Positions 1 through 9,355 of a stretch of 32,000 bases of DNA are shown here, one piece after another (position 1 is the stretch's first letter; each line of letters begins with the position of its first letter). A model generated the notes under the pieces. The model saw nothing but the letters and a program-made list of their open reading frames with translations, was not told where the DNA came from and ran no database searches. The translations under genes were made by a program, and so were the position numbers. The stretch is from Raphidiopsis brookii D9 (lineage in GTDB: Bacteria; Cyanobacteriota; Cyanobacteriia; Cyanobacteriales; Nostocaceae), in NCBI GenBank assembly GCA_000175855.1, contig ACYB01000022.1, positions 30,001 through 62,000 on the forward strand, given 5' to 3'.

Positions 1-2149
1 GGAGAAATGAATCTCTATCCCAAAATAAATTATATGGAGAATAGCGATTTTCAAACTGTGCTAAATTTTGAGTAATTGTATGCTTAAGAAAGTCTCGGCG
101 CAAGAATATAATGACCCCTATATTTGCTTTTCTAATTTCTGAAATCTTTGTGGGTACATCATCAATTAAAGCCTTTAAAGCTATCCTTTGTTGAGTATGG
201 GTATAAATCTCTGGAAAAATATTTTCCAAACCATCAAAAAGAAATACAATATTTAATTTTCTTTCTTTTAATTCCCGGTCTATTGCCATGAGAGTACTAT
301 GACCAATATCCAAATTAATATCGATTGACTTGGCAATAATCTTACTAATCCAAAATTCTGTCCATTTTAATTCATTCCAGTTTTCTTCTAGGGACTTTTT
401 TAGGGAACTTTTAATTTCATCAGTGTAGTTTGAGTGGCTAAATTCCAACGTACTTTTCAAAGCTGATCGAACTTCGTTCCTGGCTTTGTCAATAATATTT
501 TGAGCATCCCGTTCAACATACTGACTTTGAAGCAAAGGAAATATATAGGTTCTGTTTTTCGGTTCTTCATGATTTTGACTACCATCTACACGACGTAAAA
601 AACTTTCCCAATTCCTAAGACGTGATAGATGTATATAATTAAAAGTCTTTCCCGATCCTTTAGCACCAATACATAAAACATTGGGTAATTTATCCGAGAA
701 GTCACTTGCTAAATTTCGTAAGGGTTCTATAATCAGTAAATTTTCTCCTTTGCCAGTTTCTGCATATCGATATTTTTCACACAAGTCTCTGATTTTTTTC
801 AAATCATCTAACTTCTTATTGAACAAATCTTCAGATAAAACCTCTTGATTATTAGCATTATCAGCAGTGATCAACTTTGTTTCTGCCCATTTTCTGGCAT
901 TCTTCATTAATGTAGTTGCTGATAATCTTGATCGAGCTTCTTCCCAACTATTAACATAGAGTAGTTCTTCTGCAAAGAAAGCCTCAATAATTTCCAACCT
1001 TTTGCTATAAACATCTTCTGTATCTTCCGGTTGAATATAATTTTGGTAAAATTCATCCACGGCATTTTTATAACGGGGTGAATCTATGACTTCCTGCTTC
1101 AACATATTAATCAATAACCATGGATCATAATATTTTTCATGTTGTATATCCGATTGTGATGGTGCTACTTTACCGATTTGTTGTAAAACTAGATTAGTAC
1201 CACGAATAGACTGTTCACTAATGCTGGTAACAATAAACCTTTCAACTCTAGGATCAAAGATTATTGGGCTAGATATCTCACTTAGTCCAGCTCTTAAATC
1301 AATAAATACATAATTTATGTCAAGCTCTTGACCTAAAAGATTGATAGCATTACTGTACCCCCAAGCTCCATGAGCACCCCTAACTAAATGTTCTGGTAAG
1401 ATTGGTTTATCTAACAACTGTTGGTCATTTAAACAAGCAGGCAAAAAGTACACTTTTGATCGGTCTTCATTTATATGACTAGTTAAATTTTTTTTCAATT
1501 CTTTAGCAAATAATGATAGTGTCTGTTCTACGGGTAGGCGAGAATAATGATAAACTTCTAAAAAGTCCAGGAAACAAACTGCTGGATTCTTGACACCATT
1601 CCAATAGGTCAAACCTGGTGCTTCTAAATCAGCATCAATAACCAAGATATTTATTGGTTGATTTAATTGCTTAGATCTCTCCAGTAATGCCAAAAGATAG
1701 GCTACCAGATTTAAGGTTCTACCTACACCACCTTTAAAAGAATAGAAAGCTAATAATTCAGTTTTATTAATTTTTGTTTGAGTATATGGGTCTGGTAGAT
1801 TAATTGCACTCTTTTGAGAAGTCTCTATTTCTGGTAAGTAGGCAATTTCTTCCCAAAAGGGACGGGGCTCAATAGGATTAATCTCTATTTCCTCCGGTCC
1901 AGTAAATTCTACCGGTAACTTATCATCTCCCATATCAAGTTGAATTACCGATTCTTCTTCTAAATACCAATCACCAAACCACTGTTTGACAATACTTTTA
2001 GCTGATTCTTTATCACCAGTAATTCCTATTTCTACAGCGTCAGAAAAGCAGTTAACTCTGACTATACCTTTATTTTTCAGTTCTCTGTCACGTCTAGTTT
2101 CTTGAAGAATTCTTCTTCTCACATCTAACCATGTTAAAAATCTATTCAT
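1..2149 (-). CDS. Large two-P-loop NTPase, C-terminus cut by the window edge. A ParA/MinD-like domain with variant Walker A KGGVGRT is fused to a second P-loop domain (GAKGSGKT ... FLFDGLE).
   Basis: It is absent from the ORF track because there is no stop inside the window. Hand translation of the minus strand from ATG at 2149..2147 gives 716 sense codons down to nt 2 (MNRFLTWLDVRRRILQETRRDRELKNKG...). FYSFKGGVGRT lies at nt 1735..1715. LVIDADLEAPG and VFIDLRAGLSE match ParA-type A-prime and B motifs. The second Walker A, CIGAKGSGKTF, lies at nt 667..644, and a Walker-B-like NIVFLFDGLEN has its Asp at 235..233. Confidence 0.8.
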   Translation of the reverse strand, partial: MNRFLTWLDVRRRILQETRRDRELKNKGIVRVNCFSDAVEIGITGDKESAKSIVKQWFGDWYLEEESVIQLDMGDDKLPVEFTGPEEIEINPIEPRPFWEEIAYLPEIETSQKSAINLPDPYTQTKINKTELLAFYSFKGGVGRTLNLVAYLLALLERSKQLNQPINILVIDADLEAPGLTYWNGVKNPAVCFLDFLEVYHYSRLPVEQTLSLFAKELKKNLTSHINEDRSKVYFLPACLNDQQLLDKPILPEHLVRGAHGAWGYSNAINLLGQELDINYVFIDLRAGLSEISSPIIFDPRVERFIVTSISEQSIRGTNLVLQQIGKVAPSQSDIQHEKYYDPWLLINMLKQEVIDSPRYKNAVDEFYQNYIQPEDTEDVYSKRLEIIEAFFAEELLYVNSWEEARSRLSATTLMKNARKWAETKLITADNANNQEVLSEDLFNKKLDDLKKIRDLCEKYRYAETGKGENLLIIEPLRNLASDFSDKLPNVLCIGAKGSGKTFNYIHLSRLRNWESFLRRVDGSQNHEEPKNRTYIFPLLQSQYVERDAQNIIDKARNEVRSALKSTLEFSHSNYTDEIKSSLKKSLEENWNELKWTEFWISKIIAKSIDINLDIGHSTLMAIDRELKERKLNIVFLFDGLENIFPEIYTHTQQRIALKALIDDVPTKISEIRKANIGVIIFLRRDFLKHTITQNLAQFENRYSPYNLFWDRDSFL

Positions 2150-2165
2150 AATTTTACCAATGTTT

Positions 2166-2639
2166 TTAATCTTTTAACTCAGTTTGGATCCATTTTGATA
2201 TTTTCAACAACCTATTTTCAATATCTCCGTCTGTAGCATCTTGAATTCTATCATCTTCTACTATTTTAATTACTTCTGCGCCATATCGCCACACTTGGTT
2301 GATTTGCCCACTATTTATTTTTCGGTCAATTGGATTCCCCTTGGTATCTACTATTTCGCTAATTGATATTTTTGGTAACTTTAATAGTTGACCAGCATGG
2401 ACTCTATCTAATAACTTATTGATGTCATGCTGGCATTCTGTGATATCTTGACACAGATCAGTACGATTTTGCCTTTGCCTTCTCATTAGGACTGCTTTAA
2501 GTCCACATTCAACGGCATAAAACAAGTTTAACCGGTGAGCATTATTATTATTTTTGCATATAGAAGTAGCCGTTTTATAAGCGAAAAAGTGATTACGCCA
2601 AGCCTTTTGCATCTCACGCTGTGTGAAAATTATTGTCAT
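2166..2639 (-). CDS. Hypothetical 157-aa protein with a HEPN-like helical N-terminal half. It is the first gene of a two-gene module with the ATPase.
   Basis: The ORF is in the track, starts with ATG, and sits 16 nt upstream of the ATPase start on the same strand. The pattern LFYAVECGLKAVLMRR ... ECQHDINKLLDRV resembles the HEPN helix-2 / helix-4 (xHDLxxLL) signature. There is no Arg 4-6 residues before the His, so the canonical Rx4-6H motif is not intact. I did not recognise any other family. Confidence 0.6.
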   Translation of the reverse strand: MTIIFTQREMQKAWRNHFFAYKTATSICKNNNNAHRLNLFYAVECGLKAVLMRRQRQNRTDLCQDITECQHDINKLLDRVHAGQLLKLPKISISEIVDTKGNPIDRKINSGQINQVWRYGAEVIKIVEDDRIQDATDGDIENRLLKISKWIQTELKD

Positions 2640-2663
2640 TGAGAATTAGGTTAATTAAAACTC

Positions 2664-2697
2664 CAGTTTTGATTCTACCATGGTAGGATCAAAACTG
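2664..2697 (-). terminator. 34-nt near-perfect palindrome (16 of 17 positions pair), probably the ftsH intrinsic terminator. It may double as an operator or promoter element for the downstream module.
   Basis: CAGTTTTGATtCTACCATGGTAGgATCAAAACTG. On the minus-strand RNA the stem is followed by GAGUUUUAAUU. It lies 30 nt after the ftsH stop and 24 nt before the ATG at 2639. Confidence 0.5.
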
Positions 2698-2727
2698 TAC
2701 CTAGTGAGAGTTTGGGTCCGAGCTAAT

Positions 2728-4665
2728 CTAACCCAAAATAGTTTGTAGCAATGGCTGATCACCATTTAACTTACCACTTCTTAACCACTCATCCATTTCA
2801 TCTGGTTGATTAGATAAGATTAATTTTTCCCGTAAATAACCACCTTCTAAAATCTCCCTTTGTAATAATTCCTGAGCAATTTCCTCCAATAAATCCCTAT
2901 TACACTGCAAAATCCTCAATGCAATATGATGAGCATTATCCACTATCTCCTTTACTTCCCGATCAATTTCTTCAGCAACATGGGGACTAATAGCACGACG
3001 GGGATTACTATAACCTTCTAAAAATTGCTGTTGAATTTTCTCAAAAGCTACTGGTCCAAGTTTATCACTCATACCATACAAAGTCACATATCTTTCCGCC
3101 AAATCTGTGGCTTTTTGAATATCATCAGATGCACCAGTAGAAACCTTGCCAAACACAATTTCTTCCGATGAACGTCCACCCAATAAAGTAGCAATACGAC
3201 CCCGAATTTCATCTTCTACCATCAGAAATCTATCTTCCTCTGGCATTTGAATTGTGTAACCCAATGCTCCCACACCCCGGGGCACAACGGAAATCTTCTC
3301 TACCTTACCCGCTCCTGGCATTAACGCTCCAATAATGGCATGACCAACTTCATGATAAGCAACCGTTTTCTTCTCCAATTCATTTAACACACGGGAGCGT
3401 TTTTCTAACCCAGCAATTAATCTTTCAATAGCCTCGTTAAAATCCGCCATCAGAACAGCTTGACGATTATTTCTCGCTGCTAATAATGCAGCTTCATTAA
3501 CTAGGTTCGCTAAATCCGCACCAGCAAAACCAGGAGTGCGTGTGGCAATAATTTCTAGGTTCACATCTTCTGCTAACTTGACATTTCTAGCGTGAACTTT
3601 CAGAATTGCCTCCCGACCTATTTTATCTGGTCTGTCTACCACAATTTGACGGTCAAACCTCCCGGGACGACGTAATGCAGGGTCTAAAACTTCAGGACGG
3701 TTAGTAGCAGCAATAATTATCACGCCCGTATTGGCGTCAAAACCATCCATTTCCGTCAATAATTGGTTTAGGGTTTGCTCCCTTTCATCATTACCACCTA
3801 CAAAACCACCAGCTCCACCCCGAGATTTGCCTAGAGCATCTAATTCATCAATAAAGACTATACAGGGAGCTTGTTTTTTGGCTTGTTCGAATAAATCTCT
3901 TACCCTAGCAGCACCTACACCAACAAATAATTCAATAAATTCTGACCCAGAAATACTAAAAAATGGTACTCCTGCTTCACCTGCAATGGCTTTTGCCAAT
4001 AAGGTCTTACCTGTTCCCGGTGGTCCCACTAATAATACACCTTTGGGAATTTTTGCCCCTAAGTTTGTGTACTTACTAGCATTTTTTAAAAAGTCAACTA
4101 TTTCCTCTAATTCTGCTTTGGCTTCATCTACACCTGCAACATCGGGAAATTTGACTCCGGTGCTACCTTCCGAATAAATTCGAGCTTTGCTTTTTCCCAC
4201 GGTTAATGCAGCAGGTCCTCCTCCCTGACGACTCATGAGAAAAGCCCAAATACCAAAGAAGATTAAGGGAGGTGCAACCCAACCTAAAACTGTACCAATC
4301 CAGGCATTTTCATCCGGTGGTGGGGCGGCAAATTCTACGTTGTTTTCTCGCAGGATTTTCGGTAGGTCTAAGTCTATAGCCACCGGTGTGGTTCTAAAAA
4401 CCTGCTCGACAATTTTTCCTTCCGGAGTTTGGGTTGTAATCGCATATTCAATCTGGTCTACTCCTACAATTGCTTTATCTACTTTACCAGCTTTTACCTG
4501 ATTAATAAAATCACTGTAAGGTACTTGTTGCAACCTAGGTCCTAAAATGCTAGGAACTATTAAATTTAGTAGTAATAAAATGGTTATTAAAATCAAGAAA
4601 CTTCCGCCAAACTGTCGGAGTTTTGGCTTTTGCATCTGGTTCTTATTGTTAGTTTCTACAGGCAT
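2728..4665 (-). CDS. ftsH: ATP-dependent zinc metalloprotease FtsH
   Basis: 645-aa ORF with an N-terminal TM segment, AAA+ Walker A GPPGTGKT, Walker B IVFIDELD, the SRH region and the HEVGH zinc motif. Confidence 0.97.
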   Translation of the reverse strand: MPVETNNKNQMQKPKLRQFGGSFLILITILLLLNLIVPSILGPRLQQVPYSDFINQVKAGKVDKAIVGVDQIEYAITTQTPEGKIVEQVFRTTPVAIDLDLPKILRENNVEFAAPPPDENAWIGTVLGWVAPPLIFFGIWAFLMSRQGGGPAALTVGKSKARIYSEGSTGVKFPDVAGVDEAKAELEEIVDFLKNASKYTNLGAKIPKGVLLVGPPGTGKTLLAKAIAGEAGVPFFSISGSEFIELFVGVGAARVRDLFEQAKKQAPCIVFIDELDALGKSRGGAGGFVGGNDEREQTLNQLLTEMDGFDANTGVIIIAATNRPEVLDPALRRPGRFDRQIVVDRPDKIGREAILKVHARNVKLAEDVNLEIIATRTPGFAGADLANLVNEAALLAARNNRQAVLMADFNEAIERLIAGLEKRSRVLNELEKKTVAYHEVGHAIIGALMPGAGKVEKISVVPRGVGALGYTIQMPEEDRFLMVEDEIRGRIATLLGGRSSEEIVFGKVSTGASDDIQKATDLAERYVTLYGMSDKLGPVAFEKIQQQFLEGYSNPRRAISPHVAEEIDREVKEIVDNAHHIALRILQCNRDLLEEIAQELLQREILEGGYLREKLILSNQPDEMDEWLRSGKLNGDQPLLQTILG

Positions 4666-4747
4666 GATAATTTACCTCAAAATTTTGATAATTGATTACT
4701 TTATGATTGAGCTAACAACTTGATAACTGGGTAAGTCATGAACTTAA

Positions 4748-5415
4748 TTAACTTAATAATAAAGCAAATAGTCCACATAAAGCAATACCGTCAAATACTC
4801 CCGCACCACCAATACTTAAAACTCCCTCACTCATGAATTGAATATCTTTAAGATGCAATAAGTCAGCACCAATAACAGTGCCTAGAATACCTCCCGCAAA
4901 TGCTACGGGGGCTCCTGCATGGGGGGCTATTATCATGGCTGATATAACCGCAGTTAGAGGAGCTAATAATGGATTCATTTGAATTCCAATTCCGGGAACT
5001 ATCCGAGCTGCAAAATAACCAACCACTGATACAATGGTGCTTACCAGGGTGATTGCCAACAGGTTTCCTCGGGAATTTGGTATAACGCTAAAAGTACGGG
5101 TATTAAACCACCTCCTACGTTTAGTGCTATAACTGTAGACCGCTCTAGTCTTCTTAGCGGGATTCCCCAAAATTCCCTTAGCCACAGGGTGGCAAATTCG
5201 TCTACTACTTCTATGGTGTTTTCCAGTCGGTATAAGGGAATATTGATTGTGCTAGTAATTATTATTAGCAAAAAGAGGAAGAAGGCAATTTGGGGAGAAA
5301 AACCTAACTTGGCTACGGCAATTTCCACTATGTCTACTGCTAGAGCAAACCAAATAAAGGGTAAAAGTAACAGTAAGACCAGAAATAACAGTATTGAAAC
5401 TGGTAGATAGATCAT
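4748..5415 (-). pseudogene. DUF1614-like polytopic membrane protein split by an apparent 1-nt deficit (frameshift or sequencing error)
   Basis: Two overlapping minus-strand ORFs in different frames (5415..5041 and 5185..4748) are both hydrophobic and join naturally: ...NVGGGLIPVLLALYQIP | RGNLLAITLVSTIVSVVGYFAARIVPGIGI... Adding one base near 5071..5078 restores a protein of about 222 aa. The family name comes from memory of motifs such as GADLLHL and IGGAGVFDGI. Confidence 0.6.
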
Positions 5416-5567
5416 ATCTTAATTGTCTCCCTCCTTTTAGTTCCTGCACTTAGTTACCGTAAAACCTACACTCTGCGAATAATCAGTTTCTCTTTCATTA
5501 TAGAGACTAGACACTGGACTCCAAATTCGTATCTACCCAACCCCGAAATGGGTGTCACCGCACTTCT

Positions 5568-5759
5568 ATGAATAATCAACTCTTTTTTCTGGTCAAGCTA
5601 CTTCTGCTTTCAACTTTGATTTCGGGTCTGATTAAATATGTAGGTCCTATATTCTTATTCCCACCTACAGCAGTAAATGCGCTCATGATGGTATTGCTTC
5701 CGACTATATTCATGATATCCTTTCTTGTTTTACCTATGGTCTTAAAAAGACAAAGTTAA
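5568..5759 (+). CDS. Small hydrophobic protein (63 aa, two predicted TM helices), function unknown
   Basis: ATG ORF that ends 18 nt before the AI-2E transporter gene on the same strand. The sequence is strongly hydrophobic and I recognised no family. Confidence 0.35.
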   Translation: MNNQLFFLVKLLLLSTLISGLIKYVGPIFLFPPTAVNALMMVLLPTIFMISFLVLPMVLKRQS

Positions 5760-5777
5760 AGCTACAGTTCAACAAAT

Positions 5778-6872
5778 TTGGGGAGTGTATCCGTGAAACT
5801 TGGTCAATGGATTGGTTTAATTGCTTTAGTTGTGTCTCTGTACATATTATGGCAACTACGTGAAGTATTACTATTGATATTTGCTGCTGTGGTTTTAGCT
5901 ACCACCTTAAATAGACTGGCTAGAACTTGTCAAAATCTGGGAATTAAACGTGGACTAGCTGTCTTCTTATCCGTAATGTTTTTTTTGGTGGGTATAGTTG
6001 CTTTTTTTTGGGTCATTGTGCCACCCTTTGTTCACCAATTCCAAGAACTGACTTTACGAGTACCACAGGGTTTTGAACGGGTTAATACCTGGATAGATGA
6101 GCAAAGAAGTCATATTCCCCAGGAATTGGAACCTGTTATTCCCGATCTTAATCGTTTGATCGCAGAAGCTCAACCCTTAATTAATCGAGTTTTGGGCAAT
6201 TCTTTTGCTTTTGTTTCCGGTTCTTTAGTACTGGTTCTCAATATTTTATTGGTTTTAGTTTTAACGGCAATGTTCCTAACTAATCCCCCAGCTTATCAAA
6301 AGTTATTTGTTAGACTTTTTCCTTCCTTTTATCGACGACGGGTAGAGGGAATTTTGAATCAGTGTGAGGATTCGCTAGAAAGATGGCTGACAGGAGCTTT
6401 TATTGCTGTTTGTGTAGTGGGATTGATGAGTCTAATTGGTCTGTCAATTTTAGGTGTCAAAGCAGCTTTGGCTTTGGGTGTTTTGGCAGGATTGATGAAT
6501 TTAATTCCCAATTTGGGACCCACTATGAGTGTGGTTCCAGCTATGGCGATCGCTCTTTTAGATTCTCCTTGGAAACCAATTTTTGTCCTAATTCTTTACT
6601 TTTTTATCCAACAGCTTGAAAGTAATTTTATCACTCCTATGGTGATGGCACACCAGGTTTCTCTATTACCAGCTGTTACCCTAATTTCTCAGTTGTTTTT
6701 TGTCACCTTTTTTGGATTTCTAGGCTTATTTCTAGCATTACCCTTGACTGTGGTGGCAAAAATTTGGATTCAGGAAGTATTGATTAAGGACGTATTAGAT
6801 TGCTGGGAACACCATGGTCATGATCAAGTTGACTTAGTAATTATTACTGATGATGATTCTCAAGGGGAGTAG
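5778..6872 (+). CDS. AI-2E family transporter (PerM / UPF0118-like permease)
   Basis: 364-aa polytopic ORF with the family's typical architecture and C-terminal NLIPNLGP ... FFIQQLESNFITP pattern. The track start is TTG at 5778, and GTG at 5793 is an alternative. Confidence 0.85.
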   Translation: MGSVSVKLGQWIGLIALVVSLYILWQLREVLLLIFAAVVLATTLNRLARTCQNLGIKRGLAVFLSVMFFLVGIVAFFWVIVPPFVHQFQELTLRVPQGFERVNTWIDEQRSHIPQELEPVIPDLNRLIAEAQPLINRVLGNSFAFVSGSLVLVLNILLVLVLTAMFLTNPPAYQKLFVRLFPSFYRRRVEGILNQCEDSLERWLTGAFIAVCVVGLMSLIGLSILGVKAALALGVLAGLMNLIPNLGPTMSVVPAMAIALLDSPWKPIFVLILYFFIQQLESNFITPMVMAHQVSLLPAVTLISQLFFVTFFGFLGLFLALPLTVVAKIWIQEVLIKDVLDCWEHHGHDQVDLVIITDDDSQGE

Positions 6873-6882
6873 TCAACTCCCC
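6864..6882. terminator. Short GC hairpin between convergent genes (GGGGAGT-agtca-ACTCCCC)
   Basis: A 7-bp perfect stem spans the TAG stop of the transporter and lies 10 nt before the stop of the convergent PPIase gene. There is no clear U-tract on either strand. Confidence 0.3.
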
Positions 6883-6891
6883 TCCCTCCTC

Positions 6892-7989
6892 TTATGCTGG
6901 TGGCTCAACTAAATTTTCAATTCCTTGAATAACCTGGGCTGACTCGATTATATCACCTGCTTTTAGCTTATCCAAAATCTCTTTACCTTCAACCAGATAA
7001 CCAAATACAGCGTAGCGTCCATCCAAAAGATTACGCCCTGCTGGGGTTAATTCTGGTTCAAATAAAAAGAAGAAAATTTGGGAAGAACCACCATCTGGAT
7101 CACCCTCAGGACGGGCCATCGCTAATGCTCCAAAGGAAGAAAATGGTAATACTGGCATATCTAAATAACGTCCCGCATCTTCCAAGGTAATACCATAAGT
7201 TGGTTGTTTATCCCCTTCCGCTAAAATCTCTAGGGGAATAGCTCGATATTTGCCCGTTACAGGATCAATAAAACCAACTTCTTTACCTTCTGGATCTCCC
7301 GTTTGTAAAACATAGGACTCTTCAGAACGGGTGAATTTTAATCCGTTATAAAAGCCTCTTTGTACTAGATCTACAAAATTACCAGCTGTCACTGGTGCAC
7401 TGTAACCGTCTACTACTACCGTTAGATCCCCCTTATTTGTTTTTATGGCAATAGTAGCACGACCTTTGAGTTGAGGTAGGTTACTAAATTCAGCAGGAAC
7501 TTCAAAGGGAAACCCCTGAACCATGGATTCTTCTAATAAACTCACAAGATTGAGTAACTTGGCTCTCCCTTCCAAAATGGGGGTTTTTTGTCTAGTTTTC
7601 ACTACTTCTTGCAGTTCTCCTATGCCAGATTTTAACTCCCCAATCCAAGATTCAGCTTGGGGTTGGCGTTCTGGGGGAATGCTGGTTAAGATTTGGGAGG
7701 GTCTGTCAAGAATTCGCGATGCTTGACTCAGATCCCTGGAAATCGCACCCCATCGCTTATTAGCACGTAGTTGGTTAGAAATATCCTCTAAACTGGCTTG
7801 CAGTTTGCGTACTGGTTGATTTTCTATGGGAAGTGCATATCTCAACAAAGCCCTACCATCTGTAATAGCATTCCCAGACGGTAAAGCTGCGTAAGAAGTC
7901 CACCCAGTGGTGCTGATTCCTAAAAATATCATTCCCAGCAGCATGACTTTTAGGCTATATATTAGCCCAGACCTGATAAACTTAAACAT
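6892..7989 (-). CDS. Cyclophilin-type peptidyl-prolyl cis-trans isomerase with an N-terminal helical domain (thylakoid-lumen TLP40/CYP38-like)
   Basis: The C-terminal cyclophilin motifs are [18 protein letters not shown] and [14 protein letters not shown]. The N-terminus has a signal/TM segment ([14 protein letters not shown]). The track ORF extends to 8061, and I prefer ATG at 7989 (MFKFIRSGL...). The start is uncertain. Confidence 0.85.
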   Translation of the reverse strand: MFKFIRSGLIYSLKVMLLGMIFLGISTTGWTSYAALPSGNAITDGRALLRYALPIENQPVRKLQASLEDISNQLRANKRWGAISRDLSQASRILDRPSQILTSIPPERQPQAESWIGELKSGIGELQEVVKTRQKTPILEGRAKLLNLVSLLEESMVQGFPFEVPAEFSNLPQLKGRATIAIKTNKGDLTVVVDGYSAPVTAGNFVDLVQRGFYNGLKFTRSEESYVLQTGDPEGKEVGFIDPVTGKYRAIPLEILAEGDKQPTYGITLEDAGRYLDMPVLPFSSFGALAMARPEGDPDGGSSQIFFFLFEPELTPAGRNLLDGRYAVFGYLVEGKEILDKLKAGDIIESAQVIQGIENLVEPPA

Positions 7990-8138
7990 GGAGTTTCTCA
8001 AATGCAGGAAGTAACCAACTATCCATCTTCCCATATTGCGTGTCTCTTCCTGTGTCTTCACCCCATCCTTGTTTATTCACCAGGTCCCAATTTACGGTTA
8101 CAATAAATCCCGATTGTCTTCTAATATTTGTAAGTTTC

Positions 8139-8720
8139 ATGATCTCCAGTAATGATTTTCGACCCGGCGTTTCTATCGTGTTAGACCAGTCCGTTTGGCG
8201 AGTAGTTGAGTTTCTTCACGTTAAACCCGGTAAGGGTTCCGCTTTTGTCAGAACTAAATTAAAAAATGTCCAAAATGGTAACGTGGTGGAAAAAACTTTC
8301 CGCGCTGGGGAAACCGTACCTCAAGCAAGTTTAGAGAAAATTACCATGCAACATACTTATAAAGAAGGTAATGAACTTGTCTTTATGGATATGGAAACAT
8401 ACGAGGAAGATAGATTAAATGCCACCCAAATTGGTGATGGTGTTAAGTACCTAAAAGAAGGTATGGAGGTTAATGTCACCTTTTGGATGAAACAGGAGGA
8501 AAAACAGGTTCTAAAACAAGTTCTAGAAGTTGAACTCCCTAATTCTGTGGTTCTGGAGGTGGTGGAAACTGACCCAGGTGTCAAAGGTGATACTGCTACT
8601 GGGGGCACTAAGCCAGCAACATTGGAAACTGGTGCAATTGTCATGGTTCCTTTGTTTATTTCTAAAGGTGAACGGATCAAGATAGACACCAGAGAAGATA
8701 AGTACTTAGGGCGAGAATAG
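8139..8720 (+). CDS. efp: Elongation factor P
   Basis: [44 protein letters not shown]... is canonical EF-P. The track ORF start at 8040 is a spurious upstream extension. The product is 193 aa and carries an internal insertion (see findings). Confidence 0.95.
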   Translation: MISSNDFRPGVSIVLDQSVWRVVEFLHVKPGKGSAFVRTKLKNVQNGNVVEKTFRAGETVPQASLEKITMQHTYKEGNELVFMDMETYEEDRLNATQIGDGVKYLKEGMEVNVTFWMKQEEKQVLKQVLEVELPNSVVLEVVETDPGVKGDTATGGTKPATLETGAIVMVPLFISKGERIKIDTREDKYLGRE

Positions 8721-8812
8721 TTCTTGTTGGTGAATATTACCTCCTAAAATGGGCAAGATTAACAAAAGATGAGAAAAAAGAAATTTACGGTTAGGTCGAG
8801 GTAAAAAATACT

Positions 8813-9301
8813 GTGCCATTAGATTTTAATGAAATCCGCCAATTGTTAGCTACTATTGCACAAACTGATATTACTGAGGTGTCACTCAAAAGCAATGATT
8901 TTGAGCTGAGAGTCTCTAAAGGGGGAAATAATTTCCCTGGGTCAGCACCGGTTGTACCAACGGTGACTCAAACCGCACCAGTTCAGCTACCAGAGTCAGC
9001 TAGTCACCGAGATAGTTCTACCGGGGGACAGTCACCCCTAGCTAATGCAGCTGCTTCTAAATTTATGGACGTTCAGTCTCCTATGGTGGGAACTTTTTAT
9101 CGCGCTCCTGCTCCCGGTGAAGCACCTTTTGTGGAGGTAGGAGACCGAGTTCGGGTAGGTCAGTCCGTCTGCATTATTGAGGCCATGAAATTAATGAATG
9201 AAATTGAAGCTGAGGTCTCTGGACAGGTGATGGAAATTCTGGTGCAAAATGGTCAACCCGTAGAATACGGCCAACCTTTAATGCGAATTAACCCTGATTA
9301 G
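8813..9301 (+). CDS. accB: Acetyl-CoA carboxylase biotin carboxyl carrier protein
   Basis: 162 aa with a GTG start, a Pro/Ala-rich linker and the biotinyl-lysine motif [11 protein letters not shown]. It follows efp, which is the conserved efp-accB pairing. Confidence 0.93.
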   Translation: MPLDFNEIRQLLATIAQTDITEVSLKSNDFELRVSKGGNNFPGSAPVVPTVTQTAPVQLPESASHRDSSTGGQSPLANAAASKFMDVQSPMVGTFYRAPAPGEAPFVEVGDRVRVGQSVCIIEAMKLMNEIEAEVSGQVMEILVQNGQPVEYGQPLMRINPD

Positions 9302-9355
9302 TCGGATTTGTCTAATTCGGTAAAGTTTCACCACCTTTTGTTTGGTGAATACCCG

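Noticed and set aside
3731-4501. Plus-strand ORFs 3731..4177 and 4235..4501, antisense to ftsH.
   Set aside because: They are shadow frames of a highly conserved gene, with low-complexity Pro/Ser/Thr-rich translations and no start context.
5189-5449. ORFs 5189..5410 (+) and 5252..5449 (-) overlapping the DUF1614-like gene.
   Set aside because: They are alternative frames of the same hydrophobic gene. Only the frame beginning at 5415 gives a coherent membrane protein.
8040-8138. N-terminal extension of efp in the track.
   Set aside because: EF-P homology starts at [10 protein letters not shown] (ATG 8139). The extension overlaps the divergent PPIase 5' region.
9327-9349. Hairpin TTCACCA-ccttttgtt-TGGTGAA between convergent accB and the GerMN gene, and the shared 10-mer TTGGTGAATA after both efp (8727) and accB (9342).
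   Set aside because: The stem is 7 bp and AT-rich with no U-tract. The 10-mer repeat occurs only twice. It may be a weak bidirectional terminator, but the support is too thin to call.
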